Shown here one piece after another: positions 7,348-17,543 of a stretch of 64,000 nt of DNA. The DNA lies in the NCBI GenBank assembly GCA_016931575.1, contig JAFGEO010000004.1:172-64171 (forward strand), written 5' to 3'. Under the pieces are notes generated by a model that did not search any database, was not told the DNA's origin, and saw nothing but the letters and a program-made list of their open reading frames with translations. Source of the stretch: Bacteroidales bacterium. Lineage in GTDB: Bacteria > Bacteroidota > Bacteroidia > Bacteroidales > UBA10428. A program made the translations under genes and the position numbers. Every line of letters begins with the position of its first letter. The stretch's first letter is position 1.

Positions 7348-10300
7348 ATGGATAAATCAATCAAAAAAGTTGTTGTCTTAGGCTCAGGAGCGCTTAAAAT
7401 CGGGGAAGCCGGTGAATTCGATTATTCCGGGTCGCAAGCGTTGAAAGCGCTTCGTGAAGAGGGAGTTGAAACCGTGCTGATCAATCCGAATATAGCCACA
7501 GTACAAACCAGTGAAGGAATTGCAGATAAGATATATTTTCTACCCGTAACTCCCTACTTCGTTGAACGGGTACTTGAGAAAGAAAAACCTCAGGGGATCC
7601 TCCTGGCGTTTGGAGGACAGACGGCGCTGAACTGCGGTACCGAGCTTTTCCTGAGCGGGGCCCTGGAGCGCAACAATGTGGAGGTACTTGGTACGCCTGT
7701 ACAGGCAATTATGGATACCGAAGACCGTGACCTGTTCGTTAAGAAACTCGATCAAATAAATGTAAAGACCATTAAGAGTGTCGCTGTCGGTTCGACGGAA
7801 AATGCCCTGAAGGCAGCCGAAAAACTGGGATACCCGGTTATTATCCGCGCAGCGTATACCCTTGGCGGACAAGGATCGGGTTTCTGCGATAATGCTGATG
7901 ATATGAAAAAGAAAGCAGCCCATGCTTTCTCCTTCTCCAACCAGATCCTGGTGGAAAAGTCACTCAAAGGTTGGAAAGAAGTCGAGTACGAGGTGGTCCG
8001 CGACAAGTATGACAACTGTATTACCGTTTGTAATATGGAAAACTTCGATCCGCTGGGGATCCATACCGGTGAAAGTATTGTTGTCGCCCCTTCACAAACT
8101 CTCTCTAACAGGGAGTATCATATCCTTCGTGAACTGGCAATTAAGATTATTCGTCATATAGGAATTGTTGGTGAATGTAATGTGCAATATGCCCTGGATC
8201 CCTGCTCTGAGGATTACCGGGTAATTGAAGTAAATGCCCGCCTGTCTCGTTCCAGTGCGCTTGCCTCAAAAGCCACCGGATATCCACTCGCTTTCGTAGC
8301 AGCAAAACTTGGGCTGGGATACGGACTGCATGAGCTGAAGAATTCCATTACCAAAACAACCCCTGCCTTTTTTGAACCTGCCCTGGACTATATCGTATGT
8401 AAGATCCCGCGCTGGGACCTTAACAAGTTCATCGGGGTAGAAAAACATATTGGCAGCAGCATGAAGAGCGTGGGCGAAGTGATGTCCATCGGGCGCAGCT
8501 TTGAAGAAGCCATTCAGAAAGGCCTACGTATGATCGGACAGGGAATGCATGGTTTCGTTGCCAACCGCGACCTGGATTTTCAGGATATTGAAAAGGAGCT
8601 GGCCAATCCTACCGATATGAGGATCTTCGTGATCGCTGCAGCTCTGGAGAAGGGATATACTGCCCAACAGATCCATGACCTGACAAAAATAGACCTGTGG
8701 TTCCTGAATAAGCTTCAAAACATTCTGGATAAGCAGAAAACGCTGGAGAAATATAATACACTGGACGAGCTTCCGGATGAAGTGCTCCGTCGCGCCAAGG
8801 AAATGGGATTTTCAGATTTTCAGATCGCCCGTTCTGTGATGAAGGATTCCGATGAATATATGGAGACAGACCTTTTAAAAGTACGTGACCATCGCATTCA
8901 ACGAGGCATTACCCCGGTAGTAAAACAGATCGATACCCTGGCAGCAGAATTCCCCGCCAAAACTAACTATCTCTACCTTACTTACGGAGGTTCATCGCAT
9001 GATCTGAATTATGATGACAAGGAACAATCCGTGATAGTCCTGGGTTCAGGGGCCTATAGAATCGGAAGCAGTGTGGAATTTGACTGGTGTTCGGTAAATT
9101 CCCTGAATACGGTGAACAAGGAAGGCTACCGCTCTGTTATGATCAACTACAATCCGGAAACCGTAAGTACGGACTACGACATGTGTGATCGTCTGTACTT
9201 TGATGAACTTACCCTGGAGCGGGTTCTGGATATTGCTGATCTGGAGCGTCCAAAAGGAGTCATTATTTCGGTAGGTGGGCAGATCCCCAACAACCTGGCT
9301 ATGAGGCTACATAAACGAAATGTACACATACTGGGAACCGCTCCGGAGAATATAGACCGCGCTGAAAACCGGCATAAATTTTCCAGCATGCTGGATGATC
9401 TGGGCATTGACCAGCCCCGCTGGAAAGAGCTTACCAACATTGATGATATCTATAATTTCGTAGATGAAGTAGGATTCCCGGTACTGATCCGTCCCTCCTA
9501 CGTGCTTTCAGGAGCTGCCATGAATGTGGTTTCCAACAAGGACGAGATGGAACATTTCCTCAATCTGGCTGCAAAAGTATCCAAACAGTATCCCGTTGTG
9601 GTATCCGAATTCATACAGCAGGCCAAAGAAATCGAGATCGATGCCGTAGCCAAAAACGGAGAGCTGGTGGTCTATGCCATCAGTGAACACGTAGAATTTG
9701 CCGGTGTCCACTCGGGAGATGCCACCATGGTTTTCCCGGCTCAGAAGATCTATTTCGAGACGCAGCGCCGCATTAAGAAAATCAGTCGCCAGATTGCAAA
9801 AGCCCTCGAAATCAGTGGCCCTTTTAATATGCAGTTCCTGGCAAAAGATAATGATATTAAGGTGATCGAATGTAACCTCAGGGCGTCAAGAAGCTTCCCC
9901 TTCGTTTCAAAGGTGTCCAAGACCAACTTTATCGATCTGGCCACGCTGGTCATGCTGGGCAAGGAAGTTCAAAAACCGGATTCTAACATATTCGACCTGG
10001 ATTATATTGGAGTAAAAGCGCCCCAGTTCTCGTTCTCAAGGTTATCAAAAGCTGACCCCGTGCTTGGTGTAGATATGTCTTCCACGGGTGAGGTAGGTTG
10101 TATCGGGGATGACTATTATGAGGCCATTCTCAAAGCCATGCTTTCGGTAGGGTATCGTTTCCCAAAAAAGAACATCCTTTTCTCCACAGGACCTACCCGT
10201 TCCAAAGTTGAAATGCTGAATTCCTGCCGCCTTCTGATCGAGAAGGGTTTTAATCTGTTTGCCACCCGGGGTACCGCCGAATTCTTCGCAAAGAACGGCA

Positions 10301-10587
10301 TCAATAGTACGGTCCTGGCCTGGCCGGATGAGGATAAACAACCCAACACGCTGGATTACCTAAGGGATAGAAAAATCGACCTGGTTATTAACATCCCTAA
10401 GGACCTGACCTCCTCTGAGCTCAGCAATGACTATACGATCCGCCGTTCGGCAATAGATTTTAACATTCCGCTGATCACAAATGCCCGTTTGGCCAGTGCC
10501 TTCCTGACCGGTATATGCAAAATCACCCTGGAAGAGATCAAGGTGAAAAGCTGGGATGAATATAAGTTGGATGCCCGACATTTTTAA
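7348..10587 (+). CDS. carB: carbamoyl-phosphate synthase large subunit
   Basis: There are two ATP-grasp halves ('KKVVVLGSGALKIGEAGEFDYSGSQA' and 'QSVIVLGSGAYRIGSSVEFDWCSV') plus a C-terminal MGS-like domain. I prefer the ATG at 7348 (MDKSIKKVVVLG...) over the TTG at 7297 used in the ORF track. Confidence 0.95.
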   Translation: MDKSIKKVVVLGSGALKIGEAGEFDYSGSQALKALREEGVETVLINPNIATVQTSEGIADKIYFLPVTPYFVERVLEKEKPQGILLAFGGQTALNCGTELFLSGALERNNVEVLGTPVQAIMDTEDRDLFVKKLDQINVKTIKSVAVGSTENALKAAEKLGYPVIIRAAYTLGGQGSGFCDNADDMKKKAAHAFSFSNQILVEKSLKGWKEVEYEVVRDKYDNCITVCNMENFDPLGIHTGESIVVAPSQTLSNREYHILRELAIKIIRHIGIVGECNVQYALDPCSEDYRVIEVNARLSRSSALASKATGYPLAFVAAKLGLGYGLHELKNSITKTTPAFFEPALDYIVCKIPRWDLNKFIGVEKHIGSSMKSVGEVMSIGRSFEEAIQKGLRMIGQGMHGFVANRDLDFQDIEKELANPTDMRIFVIAAALEKGYTAQQIHDLTKIDLWFLNKLQNILDKQKTLEKYNTLDELPDEVLRRAKEMGFSDFQIARSVMKDSDEYMETDLLKVRDHRIQRGITPVVKQIDTLAAEFPAKTNYLYLTYGGSSHDLNYDDKEQSVIVLGSGAYRIGSSVEFDWCSVNSLNTVNKEGYRSVMINYNPETVSTDYDMCDRLYFDELTLERVLDIADLERPKGVIISVGGQIPNNLAMRLHKRNVHILGTAPENIDRAENRHKFSSMLDDLGIDQPRWKELTNIDDIYNFVDEVGFPVLIRPSYVLSGAAMNVVSNKDEMEHFLNLAAKVSKQYPVVVSEFIQQAKEIEIDAVAKNGELVVYAISEHVEFAGVHSGDATMVFPAQKIYFETQRRIKKISRQIAKALEISGPFNMQFLAKDNDIKVIECNLRASRSFPFVSKVSKTNFIDLATLVMLGKEVQKPDSNIFDLDYIGVKAPQFSFSRLSKADPVLGVDMSSTGEVGCIGDDYYEAILKAMLSVGYRFPKKNILFSTGPTRSKVEMLNSCRLLIEKGFNLFATRGTAEFFAKNGINSTVLAWPDEDKQPNTLDYLRDRKIDLVINIPKDLTSSELSNDYTIRRSAIDFNIPLITNARLASAFLTGICKITLEEIKVKSWDEYKLDARHF

Positions 10588-10592
10588 GGCCT

Positions 10593-11210
10593 GTGAGTTT
10601 AGACTGGCTTCATATAGCTAAAGAGCTTCAGTCCCTGGCACAGGCTGGTTTGACCTACGGTGAGAATAAGTATGACATTGAGCGCTACCAGCGCCTCAGG
10701 GAAATCAGTGCTGAAGTCCTGGCACACTACGCAGATATGCCCCTTGAGAAAGTTCGCTTCCTCTTCGCAAGCGAAGAAGGCTACCTAACCCCCAAAGTTG
10801 ATATCCGCGGGGTGGTATTTCGCGAAGGAAAGCTCCTGATGGTCAGGGAAGCTGTTGACGGTGGATGGGCCCTTCCGGGTGGTTGGGCAGATGTCAACTA
10901 CAGTCCTTTCGAGATTGCTGAAAAAGAAGTTTTTGAGGAAGCCGGTATCCGGGTGAAACCTCTGCGTCTCCTGGCGGTTTTCGATAAGGAAAAGCATGCC
11001 CACCCTCCGGACATTTATCATATCTATAAGTTGTTCATCCTGTGCGAAGACTCAGGAGAGATCCCGAAACCCGGAATGGAAACTACCGATGTTGCCTGGA
11101 TAGACCGGCAGGATATACCTAAACTCTCAGAGCCACGAATCACAACTGAACAGATCGGGATTATGTTTGAGTATTTGGATGATCCGGGGAAGATTGTGAT
11201 GTGTGATTAG
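10593..11210 (+). CDS. NUDIX hydrolase with N-terminal helical domain
   Basis: 205 aa with the Nudix box 'GGWADVNYSPFEIAEKEVFEEAGI'. The GTG start is 5 nt after the carB stop. Confidence 0.85.
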   Translation: MSLDWLHIAKELQSLAQAGLTYGENKYDIERYQRLREISAEVLAHYADMPLEKVRFLFASEEGYLTPKVDIRGVVFREGKLLMVREAVDGGWALPGGWADVNYSPFEIAEKEVFEEAGIRVKPLRLLAVFDKEKHAHPPDIYHIYKLFILCEDSGEIPKPGMETTDVAWIDRQDIPKLSEPRITTEQIGIMFEYLDDPGKIVMCD

Positions 11211-11367
11211 CCAGCTATGAATCGGTTAGCGGTTTGCGATCAGCTTTATACGGTCAGGGACTTTCGCGTAATTGATAATTCCTGAAAGAGATCCATCTGG
11301 CTATTCCAGTTTTATTATCTTTTCTGTTACCGGAAACTGGTCATTAATGATCTGGAAGCTTTCCTGC

Positions 11368-11388
11368 CCTTTCCTCCCGGAGGAAAGG
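11368..11388. repeat. 21-nt near-perfect palindrome/hairpin in the convergent NUDIX/kinase gap
   Basis: CCTTTCCTCC-c-GGAGGAAAGG. No adjacent T/A tract. It could be a bidirectional terminator or a protein-binding site. Confidence 0.5.
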
Positions 11389-11463
11389 TAGAGCGCAGTA
11401 TGAAAACCATGTTCATCAAAAAAAGCTCATCTATAGTATTATGGTTTCAAGGAAACCTGGGTG

Positions 11464-14289
11464 CTAGGTAAACCATTTCTTCAGCACTTTCTTAACATTC
11501 TCAACCTTGACAGGTTTTGTTATGTAATCGTTCATTCCAGAAGTAAGAGCACCATCTCTACCGACTTTTGAAGCGGTAGCGGTCATGGCGATAATCGGCA
11601 TCTGAAAACCCAGGCCGCGAATCTCAACCGTAGCATCCACTCCGTCTTTTTCAGGCATTTGAAGGTCCATAAAGACAACATCATAGTCCTGCTTTTTAAC
11701 CATCTCCACCACCTCCTTACCATCCACGGCAATACTGATCTTGTATCCCAGATTCTGGAAGATGGTTTCTGCAACCTTCTGATTAATGAGGTTATCTTCA
11801 GCCACCAGAATTTTCAGATCCTTCGGAAGTTCTACTTCTTCCTGCATTTTTTCAGGTTTTATCCCGGAAAACCAGGTATAGATAAGGTCTTTCAGGGTAT
11901 GTTGTTCAAAGGGCTGGATCAGGTAGGAATCTACTTTGGAGACTTTAGTCTGCACATAATTTTCCTGAAGGTGTTTGGAACTGATCATGATAAGCCTGTA
12001 CCTATCATTTATCCCCTCATGCTGAAGCTGCCGGGCAATGTAAAACCCATCAAAATTAGGCTCATCAACAATGAATACTAACTGATAAGTCTGCGCTTCC
12101 AGCTGTGCCCTGATAGATAATGTGATGTCTTCGTCCTCAACCAGACGAAGGCTGTCGGCGGGGAGTTCAAGATGTTCCAGAAAACTCAGCAATTGTTTCT
12201 GGGCAGGGCTATGTTGACCGATGACAAATGCCCTTGCTTCAGTAAACGAAGTGATGGCCGAAAAATCAATATCCTTCGGAATTGCCTCGTTTGAATAGAC
12301 TTCAATGGTAAAGGAGAACCTTGATCCGGGATATTTTGGATTCTTTGAGATCCCTGAAGGACTTTCGACCCAAATTTCGCCATGCATCAGGTTTACCAGT
12401 TGTTTGGAAATTGTGGTCCCCAATCCTGAACCTCCATACTTTCGGGACGTGCCCTGTTCAGCCTGGGTAAAGGAACTGAAAATACTTTCAAGGCGTTCTT
12501 TTGGGATACCTACTCCGGTATCGGTAACCTCAAAAAGCAGTGTGAGGTTGCCATTGTATTTTTCATCTACCTTAATAGCAATTCGGATTTCTCCTTCATG
12601 AGTAAATTTAACTGCATTGCTGATCAGGTTGGAAAGTACCTGCCTGAGCCTGAAGGGATCCCCGATAATTTGGTCCGGTACATTCTCATGGATCTCAACA
12701 TTAAAGGCAATCCCTTTCTCCTTAATAATGGCCCGGAAAAGATCCAGGGAGAGTTTTACCTCTTCACTTAACCTGAAGGGGAATTCTTCAAGCTGCATTT
12801 TCCCAGCCTCGATTTTCGAATAGTCGAGAATGTCATCAATGATATTCAGGAGCAGATCAGCAGAACGCTTTACAACATCGATATACTCCTGCTGCTCCTG
12901 AGAAAGTTTATCTTTGTCCAGCGCGTCGGTCATGCCGATAATCCCATTCATCGGAGTCCGGATCTCATGGCTCATTTTTGCCAGGAATTCGGATTTTGCT
13001 GTGTTGGCAGCAGCTTCGTATTTTCTCGACTTTTCCAGGGAAGTGATGTCAATGAAGCCACTTAATACAAATTCTTTCCCCTCAAAGAAGTAAGGATACT
13101 CTTTTCTGTAAAGGATCACCTCGTTCCCTTCTTTCTCGTAAAGCACGAACTGGTTACTGTCGTAAGCTGTATTTTTTGATTTGGTCTTGATCCGTTTCCC
13201 GGAAAGCAAAAATTTCTCCGTGATGGTATTCCCCTTCGATTCTTCTCCTTCCTTAACAAGAAACATATCCCTTGCCAATTGATTCAGGTATTCAATATTA
13301 CCCTGATCATTGAAAATTATTACCCCAATCGGAAGGTTACAGAGAATGGATTCAAATTTCCCTTTCTCTAAATTGACCTGCCGGCTTCTTTTTTCGTTTC
13401 TCCAAACCATGTAGAAGAGCACCAGGATAATCAGAGCAAAAAAAGCCACGCTGATGATAATGATCCATTTGGACCGGGTATAAACTTTTTCTTTAAAATA
13501 GCTGTTATTGTAACTGAACGCCAAACCAAAGTTGTGCCCTTTAATTGTAACAGGCTTATAATAAGTGAGCAAGCCATGGGAAAGCGTGTCATTTTTTAAA
13601 GTGTGTTCAATAAGTCCGGAGCTTCCTGATTTCAGGTCTGATCTTATTTTACTCAGTTTGGATATATCCGGATTTTTCACCGGGAAATTGCTTTCGATAC
13701 TGTTTAATTGTAAATCAATAAGCCACTGATAATAAATACCTTTAAGCAGATATGGCTGAATTAATTTATTAAGGATTTCTTTTGGCTTAACCTCAATTTT
13801 AATGTAAGCAGGTACTGCCTGGTTTTTAATCGGGTAATAGTATTGATCTTTATCCCTCAGAATAACCACTGTATCTCTCAAAAATATTTCCTTCTCAAGC
13901 ATATACGGAAATCGGTTTACCAGAATACCCCCATCTTTCTGAAGCAGAAGGTTGATGGTATTCATGTTCGAGTCCAAAATAAAAACCTCATCGAAAAGTT
14001 CCTGGTGTGACACCAGGTATTGCTTGATGTCACTGGCCAGACTTGAGGTATTCGAAGAGTCTGAAAACAGCTCGGAAAAATCATTATGGTGGTCCAGGCA
14101 AAGTTTCTTCAGCTCGTTCTCAAAACTGAAAAAAGTATTGTCTATTTCTGTCTCACACTTCTCTGCCTGTCCAATCAGAATGTTTTTTTGATAATTCATT
14201 TGTGTCCAGATCAGATTCCTGAACACGATAACATTCCCCACGATGAGAATCACCCCGGCGACAATGGCAATAATTAATGATCTCTTCAT
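11464..14289 (-). CDS. hybrid sensor histidine kinase / response regulator
   Basis: 941 aa. The N-terminus has TM-periplasmic region-TM topology, followed by a PAS-like segment. Kinase motifs are the H-box 'SHEIRTPMNGIIG' and the N/G boxes 'DTGVGIP' and 'GGSGLGTTISKQL'. An internal receiver-like segment precedes a canonical C-terminal receiver ('ILVAEDNLINQ...VFMDLQMPEKDG...IIAMTA...DYITKP'). Confidence 0.9.
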   Translation of the reverse strand: MKRSLIIAIVAGVILIVGNVIVFRNLIWTQMNYQKNILIGQAEKCETEIDNTFFSFENELKKLCLDHHNDFSELFSDSSNTSSLASDIKQYLVSHQELFDEVFILDSNMNTINLLLQKDGGILVNRFPYMLEKEIFLRDTVVILRDKDQYYYPIKNQAVPAYIKIEVKPKEILNKLIQPYLLKGIYYQWLIDLQLNSIESNFPVKNPDISKLSKIRSDLKSGSSGLIEHTLKNDTLSHGLLTYYKPVTIKGHNFGLAFSYNNSYFKEKVYTRSKWIIIISVAFFALIILVLFYMVWRNEKRSRQVNLEKGKFESILCNLPIGVIIFNDQGNIEYLNQLARDMFLVKEGEESKGNTITEKFLLSGKRIKTKSKNTAYDSNQFVLYEKEGNEVILYRKEYPYFFEGKEFVLSGFIDITSLEKSRKYEAAANTAKSEFLAKMSHEIRTPMNGIIGMTDALDKDKLSQEQQEYIDVVKRSADLLLNIIDDILDYSKIEAGKMQLEEFPFRLSEEVKLSLDLFRAIIKEKGIAFNVEIHENVPDQIIGDPFRLRQVLSNLISNAVKFTHEGEIRIAIKVDEKYNGNLTLLFEVTDTGVGIPKERLESIFSSFTQAEQGTSRKYGGSGLGTTISKQLVNLMHGEIWVESPSGISKNPKYPGSRFSFTIEVYSNEAIPKDIDFSAITSFTEARAFVIGQHSPAQKQLLSFLEHLELPADSLRLVEDEDITLSIRAQLEAQTYQLVFIVDEPNFDGFYIARQLQHEGINDRYRLIMISSKHLQENYVQTKVSKVDSYLIQPFEQHTLKDLIYTWFSGIKPEKMQEEVELPKDLKILVAEDNLINQKVAETIFQNLGYKISIAVDGKEVVEMVKKQDYDVVFMDLQMPEKDGVDATVEIRGLGFQMPIIAMTATASKVGRDGALTSGMNDYITKPVKVENVKKVLKKWFT

Positions 14290-14325
14290 ATGAAGCAGCA
14301 GCTGACGTTATCCTGAATTTTAATT

Positions 14326-14362
14326 AGGACGAATTTAGGCAATTGTTGCCTTAATTAGTCCT
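14326..14362. repeat. 37-nt imperfect palindrome between rsgA stop and kinase start
   Basis: AGGACGAATTTAGGCAA-ttg-TTGCCTTAATTAGTCCT, with 15 of 17 arm positions complementary. There is no clear U-tract on either strand. Confidence 0.5.
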
Positions 14363-14416
14363 TTCCGTTCCAATTTGATGTTAATAACTTTAAAGCACCC
14401 TTTGCCCAAAGGACTT

Positions 14417-15337
14417 TTAGCGGTATTTTGATTCTTCTTCCGTTATGATATTGATGTAGGAATTGAATCTCGATGCTCCGATTTTACCCTCCCGAACTGC
14501 TTCAATAACCGCACAGCCGGGTTCATGAAGATGAGTGCAATTGTAATATTTGCAGTCTTTTGAATATTTAAATATCTCGGGAAAATACAGCCCAATTTCT
14601 GCCTTTTCCATATCAATCAGCCCAAATCCCCGAATACCGGGCGAATCGATAAGATAGGTCTCGTCACCGACCTTAAAAACTTCTGAGAAGGTTGTTGTAT
14701 GTTTTCCCGACTTATGATAGTCTGAAATCCCTTCTGTTTTCAGGTTCAGCCCAGGATTGATATGGTTTATCAACGTACTTTTCCCAACTCCTGAATTTCC
14801 TGCCAGCAAATTCATTTTCCCCTGGATCAGCTCCCTGAAATGCTCCACATTGACATTATCCCATACGCTCATCTCAATGCATTTATAGCCTGCCAGGGAG
14901 TAGGTCATCACAAATTCGCTCAGTTGTTCCTTCTCATTTTCGTTGAGTAAATCAATTTTATTGATCAGCAGGACGCTATTAATATGATAAGCCTCAGCTG
15001 TAATCAGAAAACGATCAATGAATTCGCGGGGGGTAGACGGTTCTTTCAGGCAGACCATCACACAAGCCTGATCAATGTTGGCTGCCAGCAGGTGTGCTTC
15101 CTTCTGAAATCTTGTGGAGCGGCGAATGACATAATTGTTGCGAGGTTCCAGTTTTTTGATTACTCCGGTCCCATCCTCGATCAGTTCGAATTCAACCTTA
15201 TCCCCAACTGCCACCGGATTGGTTGTGGTAATATTCTTAATACGAAATTTTCCTTTCACCCGGCACCGGTAAACCTCGCCCCTGCTTTCAACCAGGCACC
15301 AGCTTCCCGTCGTTTTGATTATTAATCCTTTATACAC
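14417..15337 (-). CDS. rsgA: ribosome small subunit-dependent GTPase A
   Basis: 306 aa. It has an N-terminal OB fold, the circularly permuted GTPase motif 'GNSGVGKSTLIN', and a C-terminal Zn cluster 'CKYYNCTHLHEPGCAV'. Confidence 0.9.
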   Translation of the reverse strand: MYKGLIIKTTGSWCLVESRGEVYRCRVKGKFRIKNITTTNPVAVGDKVEFELIEDGTGVIKKLEPRNNYVIRRSTRFQKEAHLLAANIDQACVMVCLKEPSTPREFIDRFLITAEAYHINSVLLINKIDLLNENEKEQLSEFVMTYSLAGYKCIEMSVWDNVNVEHFRELIQGKMNLLAGNSGVGKSTLINHINPGLNLKTEGISDYHKSGKHTTTFSEVFKVGDETYLIDSPGIRGFGLIDMEKAEIGLYFPEIFKYSKDCKYYNCTHLHEPGCAVIEAVREGKIGASRFNSYINIITEEESKYR

Positions 15338-15420
15338 TGATTTAGGCTTTACCTCTGCGAATGTAAGGCATTAATCGTATTTTTGAGCATAAATATTCCC
15401 CTCAACTTTGGATTAACATT

Positions 15421-16191
15421 ATGGCAAAATCAATTTATTCATACAACGTAAATGGTGTTCGTGCAGCCCTGAGCAAAGGATTGGCAGACTGGATGCAGAA
15501 ATACTCCCCCGATATCTTGTGTATTCAGGAAACCAAAGCCGGCCCTGCCCAGATCGATTCCCCGCTTTTTGAGCACCTGGGTTATCATGTCAACATTCAT
15601 TCCGCTGAGAAAAAGGGATACAGCGGGGTAATGACCTTGAGTAAGGCAAAGCCTGAGAGGGTTATTGTTGGAATGGATATGGAAAAATATGATGCCGAAG
15701 GAAGAGTCTTACGAACGGATTTTCCGGAATTTAGCCTTATTAATGTCTATATTCCCAGTGGCACCACCGGTGATGTCCGTCAGGATTTTAAAATGGAATT
15801 CCTGGAAGATTTCACCCGCTTCATTGGAAAAGTGCGTAAAGAAAAGACTAAACTTCTGATCTGTGGTGATTTTAACATCTGTCATAAGCCGATTGATATC
15901 AATCATCCTGAGCGTCATCAGAAATCTTCTGGGTTCCTCCCCGAAGAACGGGCCTGGTTTGATTCGTTTACCGATTCGGGAATGGTCGACTCCTTCCGAT
16001 TATTCAATGATCAGCCCGATCAATACAGCTGGTGGAGTTATCGTGCAGGATCGCGTGCTAAAAATCTGGGCTGGAGAATTGACTATCATCTGGTCACTGA
16101 AGCATTAAAATCATTTGTAAGCGGTGCAGCCATTCATGCTGATGTAGTGCATTCAGATCATTGCCCGATTTCCATACAACTTGACTTATAA
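15421..16191 (+). CDS. xth: exodeoxyribonuclease III / AP endonuclease
   Basis: 256 aa with 'SYNVNGVRA', 'LCIQETK' and the C-terminal 'SDHCPI'. Confidence 0.9.
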   Translation: MAKSIYSYNVNGVRAALSKGLADWMQKYSPDILCIQETKAGPAQIDSPLFEHLGYHVNIHSAEKKGYSGVMTLSKAKPERVIVGMDMEKYDAEGRVLRTDFPEFSLINVYIPSGTTGDVRQDFKMEFLEDFTRFIGKVRKEKTKLLICGDFNICHKPIDINHPERHQKSSGFLPEERAWFDSFTDSGMVDSFRLFNDQPDQYSWWSYRAGSRAKNLGWRIDYHLVTEALKSFVSGAAIHADVVHSDHCPISIQLDL

Positions 16192-16196
16192 GGTCT

Positions 16197-17543
16197 ATGA
16201 ATCGATTCCATTCCCGTTTAATAATTCGCCCTGATTTCCCGTTCAAACCTGCCAACTGGCCTTTTTTCTATGGGTGGGTGATCCTCGGTGCCGGTGTGTT
16301 TGGTGTACTAATGAGCCTGCCCGGACAAACCACCGGGATCAGTGTTTTTACCGATCATCTCATCGGAAGTTATAAAATCGACCGGGTTAGCCTGACCATC
16401 TCGTACCTTATCGGAACAGCTGTCAGTGGCCTGTTGGTCCGCTACGCCGGAAAACTTTATGATGAAACCGGGGTCCGTCCCATTGCCATTGCTGCAGCTA
16501 TTGTACTGGCTCTTACCCTTGTGCTGCTCTCTCAGCTCGACCGTATTGCTATGGGGCTGGGAAATACCCTGGGACAAGAATACTACACACCCATTCTGTT
16601 AATCCTGCTTACTCCCCTGTTTTTCCTTTTGCGTTTCAGCGGTCAGGGAGTTACTACTCTGATATCCAGAAATATGGTCATGAAATGGTTTGAAAGCCGG
16701 CGTGGTATGGCAAATTTTTTCCTGGGCGTTATCACAACCGTTGGATTTAACGCCACCCCAAAGTTTTTCGACTTTCTAATCCAAAACAACGGCTGGAGAA
16801 AAGCATGGATTTTTGCTGCCATATTTTTAGTGGTGTTGTATATCCCTTTCCTGATAACCTTCTTCCGCGATAATCCACAGGGTGCAGGATTACTCCCCGA
16901 CGGAAAAATTCGCTCAGAAAAGAAGCAAAATAAGCAGGTCCGTTTTATCGCTTCCAAAGAATGCAGCCTTAAAGAAGCAAGAAAAACCCGCGAATTCTGG
17001 CTCTTCACTTCGATCATTGCCCTCCTCGGTCTTTTCTTTACCGGATTTACCTTCAACTTTGAATCTATATTTGAAAACCAGGGGCTTACCAAGGAAATTG
17101 CCATGCGCATGTTCATTATCGCCGGGATCTGTTCACTAATTACACAGTTTATCGCCAATTGGCTAAGTGATTATATCTCCTTACGTTTATACCTTCCAGT
17201 GGCATCACTGGTTCTCGCCGTCAATATTTTCATCATCCCCTGGATTAAAGATGAAAATATCTTTTATTATGGCTTCATCAGCCTCCTGGCAATCAGCAAT
17301 TCCTTTTTCGGAGTATTTACGGCTATTACCTGGCCCCGGCTGTTTGGGACCAGGCACCTCGGAGAAATTTCCGGTTCAGCCATGGGTTTTGTTGTGCTGG
17401 CATCGGCTGCAGGTCCTCTGATCATGAGCTTGTCCTTTAAATTCACTTCATCCTATAATCTTTCTTTTTACCTTTGCGCCACATTGGCTCTGTTACTTTT
17501 TCTCTTATCCTTCTTTGCCCGCGATGAACGAAAAATCTTCTGA
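16197..17543 (+). CDS. MFS transporter
   Basis: 448 aa with about 12 hydrophobic spans and a central charged loop. It starts 5 nt after xth. Confidence 0.85.
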   Translation: MNRFHSRLIIRPDFPFKPANWPFFYGWVILGAGVFGVLMSLPGQTTGISVFTDHLIGSYKIDRVSLTISYLIGTAVSGLLVRYAGKLYDETGVRPIAIAAAIVLALTLVLLSQLDRIAMGLGNTLGQEYYTPILLILLTPLFFLLRFSGQGVTTLISRNMVMKWFESRRGMANFFLGVITTVGFNATPKFFDFLIQNNGWRKAWIFAAIFLVVLYIPFLITFFRDNPQGAGLLPDGKIRSEKKQNKQVRFIASKECSLKEARKTREFWLFTSIIALLGLFFTGFTFNFESIFENQGLTKEIAMRMFIIAGICSLITQFIANWLSDYISLRLYLPVASLVLAVNIFIIPWIKDENIFYYGFISLLAISNSFFGVFTAITWPRLFGTRHLGEISGSAMGFVVLASAAGPLIMSLSFKFTSSYNLSFYLCATLALLLFLLSFFARDERKIF

